A DNA stretch of 36,452 nucleotides from a virus. Under the pieces are notes generated by a model, which saw only the letters and a list, made by a program, of their open reading frames with translations, had not been told where the DNA came from and did no database searches. The translations under genes and the position numbers were made by a program. Where the stretch lies: IMG/VR virus record IMGVR_UViG_3300045988_087108, positions 1-36,452 of that record. One strand, written 5' to 3'. Each line of letters starts with the position of its first letter. Within the stretch, counting starts at the first letter, position 1. Below are positions 1 to 6,030 of this stretch, piece after piece.

Positions 1-55
1 CCCCTGACGGTAGGATATTGAACAAGTGCTGTACGTGCGGAGTGGTTCAAGACAT
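1..55. repeat. Terminal redundancy, identical to 36398-36452. Indicates circular closure or an assembler k-mer overlap.
   Basis: Direct comparison: cccctgacggtaggatattgaacaagtgctgtacgtgcggagtggttcaagacat occurs at both window ends. A reading frame runs through the junction. Confidence 0.95.
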
Positions 56-425
56 AACAAAGATGGACGCTGGACACTACATCTCACGTGGAAAGTATGC
101 TACAAGGTGGAGCGAGGATAATGTCCACCCGCAGTGCCTGACAGAAGACAGTAAACTTAGAATGTTCAATGGCACTAATAAAAGCATAGCAGACATTAAA
201 ATCGGAGATAAACTATGGGCTTTTGACAAAGGCACTTTTGAGCCTGAAGTTGCGGTTGTTGAAAATGTCGATAGCTTTATGCCTAGTGAGCTTTACGAGG
301 TTGAAATGGAGAACGGCGACAAGTTCTATGCTACAGGCGACCACAGAGTGGTTGCGAATGGTAAGTGGGAGAACGTAAGTCATATGTTGCAAAGTCAGTC
401 TACGTATGATATTTTTGAACTATGA
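3..425 (+). CDS. ninG: NinG-like recombination endonuclease N-extein (up to nt 134) fused to a split-intein N-fragment (135-422). The true start is ATG 36304, across the circular junction.
   Basis: Extein motifs CCTCG...DAGHYISRG...NVHPQ match the NinG pattern. From Cys at 135 the sequence is CLTEDSKL (intein block A), then FYATGDHRVV (block B, TxxH). Stop at 423-425. Confidence 0.75.
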   Translation, partial: PDGRILNKCCTCGVVQDITKMDAGHYISRGKYATRWSEDNVHPQCLTEDSKLRMFNGTNKSIADIKIGDKLWAFDKGTFEPEVAVVENVDSFMPSELYEVEMENGDKFYATGDHRVVANGKWENVSHMLQSQSTYDIFEL

Positions 426-1013
426 AAAAAGCACTATTTGACAAGACGGAACATACTAAATGGTACATAGCTGAGGACGGCACTGTGTGGAGTTCTAGCA
501 CTTATCATAAAAACGGCAAGTTAAGAAAAAGGTGTGTCCAAAGAAACAAAAGAGGATACTATTATGCAAGAACTACCAACGGTAACTACCAGGTCCATAG
601 ACTTGTAGCTAGTGCTTTTATACCAAATCCAGAAAACAAGCCAGAGGTAAATCATAAAGACTTCAATAAACAAAACAACTCAATCGAAAACCTTGAATGG
701 GTAAGTCATAAAGAAAATATGAGACATGCTATTGATAACGGGAGGATTGCTCTACTGCCAAAAGACAGCGGAACAAATCTAAAATACACCAAAGAACAAT
801 GTCTAACGGTAATATCACTAGTTGAAAGTGGGCTTACATACAAAAAAGCTGGAGAACAAGTTGGAATGCCGTATTCAACAGTAGCTCACTTAATCACAGG
901 GAGGAGGAGAAGTTATGCGAGTAAAATCAATCAAAAAAGTTGAGCCTAGGAGAGTTTACGCAGTGCAAACGTCTACAGGCACATTTATAGCAGATGGATT
1001 AGCTCATCACAAT
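135..1013 (+). mobile_element. Split (fractured) intein with a free-standing HNH homing endonuclease ORF between IntN and IntC.
   Basis: IntN is 135-422 (96 aa) and IntC is 915-1013 (33 aa, ending AHHN before Cys+1). The host frame between them has several stops (423 tga, 468 tag). Removing 135-1013 restores the NinG motif HPQ-CKRCN. Confidence 0.75.
422..943 (+). CDS. HNH homing endonuclease (HNH_3 type with a C-terminal HTH), free-standing between the intein halves.
   Basis: Motif VHRLVASAFIPNPENKPEVNHKDFNKQNNSIENLEWVSHKEN, and a C-terminal HTH-like segment LTYKKAGEQVGMPYSTVAHLI. The ATG overlaps the upstream stop (ATGA at 422-425). The frame differs from the host gene. Confidence 0.85.
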   Translation: MKKALFDKTEHTKWYIAEDGTVWSSSTYHKNGKLRKRCVQRNKRGYYYARTTNGNYQVHRLVASAFIPNPENKPEVNHKDFNKQNNSIENLEWVSHKENMRHAIDNGRIALLPKDSGTNLKYTKEQCLTVISLVESGLTYKKAGEQVGMPYSTVAHLITGRRRSYASKINQKS

Positions 1014-1229
1014 TGCAAACGCTGTAATATTTTTCTCAAGGGAAACTACACCTCATATGCTTTGTTCATGATTAAAACCTACGGTTACTCAAAACTACAA
1101 GAGCTTGACCGACGCTCCAAATCGACGGAGAAAATCTACACATACGAATTGATAGAGAAGATTGAATACTACAAAGCAAAAGTAAAAGGGGTTGAGAGGG
1201 TGCTTCGTGAAACGAAAACCAATGACTAA
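915..1229 (+). CDS. ninG: Split-intein C-fragment (915-1013) fused to the NinG-like C-extein (1014-1226).
   Basis: MRVKSIKKVEPRRVYAVQTSTGTFIADGLAHHN|CKRCNIFLKGNYTSY gives intein blocks F/G ending HN plus Cys+1, followed by the NinG CxxCN...GN..Y motif. It has its own strong SD, GGGAGGAGGAG, at 899-909. Same frame as 3-425. Confidence 0.75.
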   Translation: MRVKSIKKVEPRRVYAVQTSTGTFIADGLAHHNCKRCNIFLKGNYTSYALFMIKTYGYSKLQELDRRSKSTEKIYTYELIEKIEYYKAKVKGVERVLRETKTND

Positions 1230-1617
1230 CCTAGTCGTATGTTCAAACTACAAGATATTCCGCAGATACTGGGAGAGTTTCTACAAGGACAATCCACAGT
1301 TCAAAAGAGGAACGCCAGAGATTGGCTTTATATGGTTGGACAGCTCAAACCGAGATGTCCTCAGCCGATTTTCGCTAAATAGAAAAGCAGACCACATACA
1401 TAGACGGGGTAGAGATGTTAATATCATATTCTTAAAGTGGTATCAGCCGACTAATCCCAAAACGCAGTATTACATCAGGGAGGCTTGGCTGTATGTATAC
1501 TCAGAGTGGAAGACGTTTGGTCGTCCAATCGTGTCGGACAAGTTATTAAATACAGATGGCATTGACGAGCAGTTCAGCGCGTTCACGATAACAGACGCAA
1601 AGAATATGTTATTTTAA
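1222..1617 (+). CDS. Hypothetical protein. The start is uncertain (TTG 1192 or ATG 1222).
   Basis: Long ORF on the coding strand. ATG 1222 overlaps the upstream stop (ATGACTAA). No recognisable motif. Confidence 0.5.
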   Translation: MTNLVVCSNYKIFRRYWESFYKDNPQFKRGTPEIGFIWLDSSNRDVLSRFSLNRKADHIHRRGRDVNIIFLKWYQPTNPKTQYYIREAWLYVYSEWKTFGRPIVSDKLLNTDGIDEQFSAFTITDAKNMLF

Positions 1618-1626
1618 GAATAACCG

Positions 1627-1655
1627 TTGACAACATAAGCACGATAATATAAACT
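1627..1655 (+). promoter_or_regulatory. Sigma-A type promoter P1 of the repeated family (TTGACA-17-TAAACT) with the TAAGCACG spacer element.
   Basis: ttgaca acataagcacgataata taaact. Lies in the intergenic gap upstream of 1662. Confidence 0.6.
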
Positions 1656-1661
1656 AATAAT

Positions 1662-1859
1662 ATGAACAACACAAACACCACCACCTTTATATCAACCAGA
1701 GCTTGGGTTCGTGAGAAGCAACTCAAAGAAAAACAGGCTCTAAAACGCCGTGAGAGGCTCTGTAACGCTGTTTACGTCGCAAAATTGGTATTCACCAGCT
1801 TGGCGATTTTGGTAACGCTGTGGGCTACTATATGGCTTTGGTACTTTGCAACATCGTAA
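1662..1859 (+). CDS. Small membrane protein, hypothetical.
   Basis: ORF with a basic N-terminal half and one C-terminal hydrophobic helix (LVFTSLAILVTLWATIWLWYF). First gene after P1. Confidence 0.5.
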   Translation: MNNTNTTTFISTRAWVREKQLKEKQALKRRERLCNAVYVAKLVFTSLAILVTLWATIWLWYFATS

Positions 1860-1919
1860 TTACAAGATAGAATAGATTTGACAGTAAAACTAAAATTTCG
1901 TGTACGAAAGGAAACCACT

Positions 1920-2561
1920 ATGTCAAAACTTTCAGCAATCAATTCAAATCAAAATGATACGTTCGGTGCAGCGTCTGTATTGTCGTCGATATTCGCGTCG
2001 TTTGTGCTGCTATCCAATATCTTAAGCACTAAAATCATAAACATAGCGGGGTTAGCAAATGACGCAGGCACTTTAATTTACCCATTTACATTTGTAGTCA
2101 AGGATATTATTCAAAAGAAATACGGCAGGGCGGCTGCGCGGCGTGTTATCTGGACTACCTACGGCATTCTAGCATTTGCTTTTCTGTGCCTATGGATTGT
2201 TGGAAAAATCCCACCAGACGCGTCATGGGCTAACCAGGAAGCTTACGACGCAGTATTGACACCTTTTGGTCGTTTAGTGGTTGCAAGTATCATTTCTGGT
2301 ATTATCTCTGAACTTCTCGACACGAGAGTGTTCAGTTACTTGTGGAAGAAAACGCAACAAGTCTGGGTAGCTTTAATCAGCAACGTTGTAGGAATTGCCG
2401 TTGACACTGCTTTATTTGCTCTAATTGCATTTTACGGCGATTTGCCTGTTGAAGCGTTGTGGGGTGTGTTCATCACCAATATGATTATGAAACTAGCACT
2501 ATCGTCGTTAGCTGCGCCAAGTATTTTATTAGTGAAGCCAACAGCGAAAGAGCTTGTATAA
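1920..2561 (+). CDS. yhhQ: YhhQ/DUF165-family queuosine-precursor (preQ0) transporter.
   Basis: Polytopic membrane protein with family-typical LLSNILSTKIINIAG...GTLIYPFTFVVKDIIQKKYGRAAARRVIW. ATG 1920 is preferred over TTG 1878 because of the AAAGGAAA RBS. Confidence 0.8.
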   Translation: MSKLSAINSNQNDTFGAASVLSSIFASFVLLSNILSTKIINIAGLANDAGTLIYPFTFVVKDIIQKKYGRAAARRVIWTTYGILAFAFLCLWIVGKIPPDASWANQEAYDAVLTPFGRLVVASIISGIISELLDTRVFSYLWKKTQQVWVALISNVVGIAVDTALFALIAFYGDLPVEALWGVFITNMIMKLALSSLAAPSILLVKPTAKELV

Positions 2562-2620
2562 ACAAATAAAAAAATAGAACGAAAAGAGAGTTAGAGAATG
2601 AAAGTCCCTCCTTATGACGA

Positions 2621-3448
2621 GTGAGATACTATCTTACAAACAACTTTTCGAACGCGTACCTTGGTGAAGCTTTTTTGCGTGATAAAATAAAAAACTTGCT
2701 TGTATCTTTTGCTTCGGCGACAGGCGCTACTCTCGAACAGAAAATCGAAAATGCTGTAAAAATGTTGAAGATGTTTCGTCCAGACACCAATATAATCATT
2801 GATTCTGGAGCGTTTTCAGCGTGGAATAGTGGATATCGAGTAGACAGAGACGAGCTACTGCATTTTTACAAGGAAATTAAAAAAGAGTTCCCGCACGCAA
2901 ACTTTATAAATCTAGATGTCATTCCTGGCGAAAAAGGGCGCAAACCGACAGAGAAAGAGGCAAACTTAGCATGTCAATTATCCTGGGAGAACTTCCTGTG
3001 GTTCAAACAGAACGGCATAATGACCTTACCAGTGTTTCACGAGGACGACAACTGGGACTATCTTCATATGATGATGAACGAAACTGATTACATCGCAATC
3101 AGCCCAGCAAACGACTCCAGCACTAAGAGACGTATGGTCTGGTTGGATAGAACGTATAGTATCTTGAAAGCCGATTATAAAACTCACGGGCTAGCAGCCA
3201 CTTCTAAAAAACTACTAGAACGCTACCCGTTCTATTCAGTTGACAGTATTAACTGGAAAACAGTTATTATGTTCGCAAACCAACATAGTTTGAACGGTGA
3301 ACGAACACTACCTCGTCATATCGTCTCTCAATTAGCAAAAAACCCTAACACGATAACACAGTTAGTAAACGAGGAAATCACGAAACAGATAAATTTAGAA
3401 AAGTATATCACTAAGCTATGGGCTAGTCGTGGTGTAAAATGGGAGTGA
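2621..3448 (+). CDS. dpdA: DpdA-like / tRNA-guanine transglycosylase (TGT) superfamily protein. Probable DNA 7-deazaguanine transglycosylase.
   Basis: IIIDSGAFS resembles the TGT catalytic TDSGGFQ motif. YSVDSINW resembles the second catalytic-Asp motif (FDCV/FDS). Lies next to yhhQ. Apparent GTG start overlaps the stop of an 8-codon uORF (2598-2624). Confidence 0.65.
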   Translation: MRYYLTNNFSNAYLGEAFLRDKIKNLLVSFASATGATLEQKIENAVKMLKMFRPDTNIIIDSGAFSAWNSGYRVDRDELLHFYKEIKKEFPHANFINLDVIPGEKGRKPTEKEANLACQLSWENFLWFKQNGIMTLPVFHEDDNWDYLHMMMNETDYIAISPANDSSTKRRMVWLDRTYSILKADYKTHGLAATSKKLLERYPFYSVDSINWKTVIMFANQHSLNGERTLPRHIVSQLAKNPNTITQLVNEEITKQINLEKYITKLWASRGVKWE

Positions 3449-3490
3449 GGCAATACTACTATAAACTAAACAAACGAAAGGAAAGAATAG

Positions 3491-4135
3491 ATGAAAACGA
3501 AACTAAAAACGAAACTAGATAAGCAATTTGACCTTAAAAGGGTTATTAAAGTACCGATTGAAAACATAAGAGTAAACACGTGGAACCCAAAAGAACCCAA
3601 TACTCCAGAATACGAAAAAATAAAGAAATCTATAAAGATAAACGGCTTAAAAGGCTTTATAGCTGTAAGACTAAACCCTCAAAACGGAATTGACTATGAA
3701 ATCTTAGACGGACATCAGAGATTTACAGCAGCAAAAGAACTAAACTATAAAGAAGTTTACGTTTACAACGAGGGCGAAATCGACGACAAAACAGCTAAAG
3801 AATACACAATCTGGTGGCAGCAGCAAGTGCCGTTTGACAGAATACAGGAAGCTTCGTTAGTAAGTGAGCTCATAAAAGAATATGGAGACTATGAAAGCCT
3901 GCCATACTCAGACGCTGAAATAGGCGAAATGAAAATGCTATCAGAGTTCTCATTTGAAGAATACGAAGACGCACCAGACACCGAAAAAGACAAAGACTAT
4001 AAGCTTACTTTTGTGTTCCCAGATAAAAACGAAGCGCACATGATAGCTGACTTCTTTAACGTAGCACATAGCAGCAGAGAAGACTTATTGATTAAGCTGG
4101 TGCAGACACAGAACGAGCTACATCACAAACAATAG
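3491..4135 (+). CDS. ParB-like nuclease (ParB/Srx N-terminal) domain protein with an acidic C-terminus.
   Basis: IENIRVNTWNPKEPN...YEILDGHQRFTAAKEL contains the ParB-box DGHQR. Sits just upstream of the terminase genes. Confidence 0.7.
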   Translation: MKTKLKTKLDKQFDLKRVIKVPIENIRVNTWNPKEPNTPEYEKIKKSIKINGLKGFIAVRLNPQNGIDYEILDGHQRFTAAKELNYKEVYVYNEGEIDDKTAKEYTIWWQQQVPFDRIQEASLVSELIKEYGDYESLPYSDAEIGEMKMLSEFSFEEYEDAPDTEKDKDYKLTFVFPDKNEAHMIADFFNVAHSSREDLLIKLVQTQNELHHKQ

Positions 4136-4186
4136 AATAAAGAGAATAAAGCATAAGAATAAATACAAAAGCAAAAGGAAACGAAA

Positions 4187-4570
4187 ATGACAGCAGGACC
4201 TCCAAGAAAATACAACTCTAAAATGCACACAAATATAATAGCTGCTCACCAGCGTGGATTAAACGTAGAAGAAGTGTGTCATCAGGTAGGAATTTCAAAA
4301 GATACGTATTACAGATGGCTAAAAGAATACCCCAAATTAACGGACGATATAAACAGAGCTAAAACATTACTTATCCGTAAAAGCAAAGAGCTGCTCATGA
4401 AAGCTATATCTGACGGCGACATAAGCACGGCTAAATGGTATCTTGAAAGAAAGGCTAGAAGTGAGTTTGCAAGCCAATCTAACCAAACTATACGCCTTAC
4501 TAGCAGCTTGTCTGAACTATCAGATGAAGAGCTGGAGAAGATAGCCAATGCCTCAAGAAACAGTAAATAG
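4187..4570 (+). CDS. terS: Terminase small subunit (HTH type).
   Basis: HTH segment LNVEEVCHQVGISKDTYYRWLKEYP, WYLERK motif, and position immediately 5' of TerL with overlap. Confidence 0.7.
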   Translation: MTAGPPRKYNSKMHTNIIAAHQRGLNVEEVCHQVGISKDTYYRWLKEYPKLTDDINRAKTLLIRKSKELLMKAISDGDISTAKWYLERKARSEFASQSNQTIRLTSSLSELSDEELEKIANASRNSK

Positions 4571-5975
4571 CGCACAAAGTGTACACGGCACAGAGCTAGA
4601 GCGTATTTATGCGCAGATTGAATTGGCAAGGCGTAGAAGCAAAAACGTAAAAGATGGGTTTAAGTGGTTCGTGAACAATGTGTTCAGCGCTAGTTTTCCA
4701 CGGTTCATAACTGGGCAGTTCATAGACGATACGTGCGACCATATGCAGCAGCATGACTGGACAATGGACGTTACTGCCCGAGACCACTTCAAATCCACAA
4801 GATTGTACGCTGAAATCATGTACGACATATTCACAGCAGAGCAAAACGTTGAAATGGTGTATTTCAGCTATTCCATGGACATGTCTAGATATCACCTTAA
4901 AAAAATCAAGCAGATGATAATGGACAACCCGTTCTTTAAGATTGTTACCGATAATAAACGCTTGTCTGAGGGCGTTTTGGACTACACGAATAGTCAAGGA
5001 GCGAACCTCACGTGTACGCCGTCTGGACTATTGATATTTAAGCGCGGTATTCATGCTGACCGAGTGTACATAGACGACCCCCTAAAAGACCCAGAAAACA
5101 AACTAGCCCCGACAGTAATCCATAAAATCAATGACGTTATGAAACTCCAGATATACGCTATGGTGAAGAAAGACGGGAAATGCAGGGTAGTGGGAACGCC
5201 ACAAACGTATTCAGACTTTTTCTTTGACGAGGGACTGAGAGAGAGATTTGACGTGGTTATCCTAGACGCGATGAAAGACGAAGCCAACAGAATAGCTTTA
5301 TTCCCTGAGTGGAAATCCTTTGATGAACTAGAAGCTATCCGAAGAACAATCGGTGAGAAGTCATTTAACCAGGAGTACCGTGCTAAGCCATCATACTCTG
5401 AGGACAGCTATATCACACGAAATGAACTCATGACGTGTATTAACCCATCTTTAATCAATCAAGCGTCTTACAGCGGCTCTCACGACGTTGTAGCAGGGTA
5501 TGACATAGGCAAGCACACACACCCAGCACACTTTTCTGTATTCGAGATGTGGGAAGACAAAGACGGAACGCACTATAAACAATTATTAAGCAAATGGTTA
5601 GACGGTTGGGACTATAAGAAACAGCTGGAATATCTCACCCACGCGATTGAACTGTACAAGATAGATATTCTACGCTACGACGACACCAGAGGAGAGTTTG
5701 AAGGCTTCAAAGAGCAAGGCTTAATTCCAAGAGAAATGAAACCCGTACACTTTAGTATGAAGTCCAAGAACGCCATGGCAGTATCAATGCAGACAGCAGT
5801 TTTAAGTGGTAACCTGGAGCTTATTAACGATACAAGACAGACCGACCAAATCCTAGCCGTAACCTCTGACCTACAAGCCTTTGAATCAGTAGAGGGACAC
5901 GGAGACAGTTTCTGGAGTAATGCACTAGCACTATGGCAAGAGAAACAAAGGGAATACCAGATAAGAGTTTTGTGA
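4548..5975 (+). CDS. terL: Terminase large subunit.
   Basis: Deviant Walker A ARDHFKST, Walker B-like RVYIDDP, a C-terminal nuclease-like region, and synteny (TerS-TerL-portal). Confidence 0.8.
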   Translation: MPQETVNSAQSVHGTELERIYAQIELARRRSKNVKDGFKWFVNNVFSASFPRFITGQFIDDTCDHMQQHDWTMDVTARDHFKSTRLYAEIMYDIFTAEQNVEMVYFSYSMDMSRYHLKKIKQMIMDNPFFKIVTDNKRLSEGVLDYTNSQGANLTCTPSGLLIFKRGIHADRVYIDDPLKDPENKLAPTVIHKINDVMKLQIYAMVKKDGKCRVVGTPQTYSDFFFDEGLRERFDVVILDAMKDEANRIALFPEWKSFDELEAIRRTIGEKSFNQEYRAKPSYSEDSYITRNELMTCINPSLINQASYSGSHDVVAGYDIGKHTHPAHFSVFEMWEDKDGTHYKQLLSKWLDGWDYKKQLEYLTHAIELYKIDILRYDDTRGEFEGFKEQGLIPREMKPVHFSMKSKNAMAVSMQTAVLSGNLELINDTRQTDQILAVTSDLQAFESVEGHGDSFWSNALALWQEKQREYQIRVL

Positions 5976-6030
5976 TTTATAATGAGAGATGAAAGATGAA
6001 AATAAGGGAAAATAAAAAGGGAAACGAACG

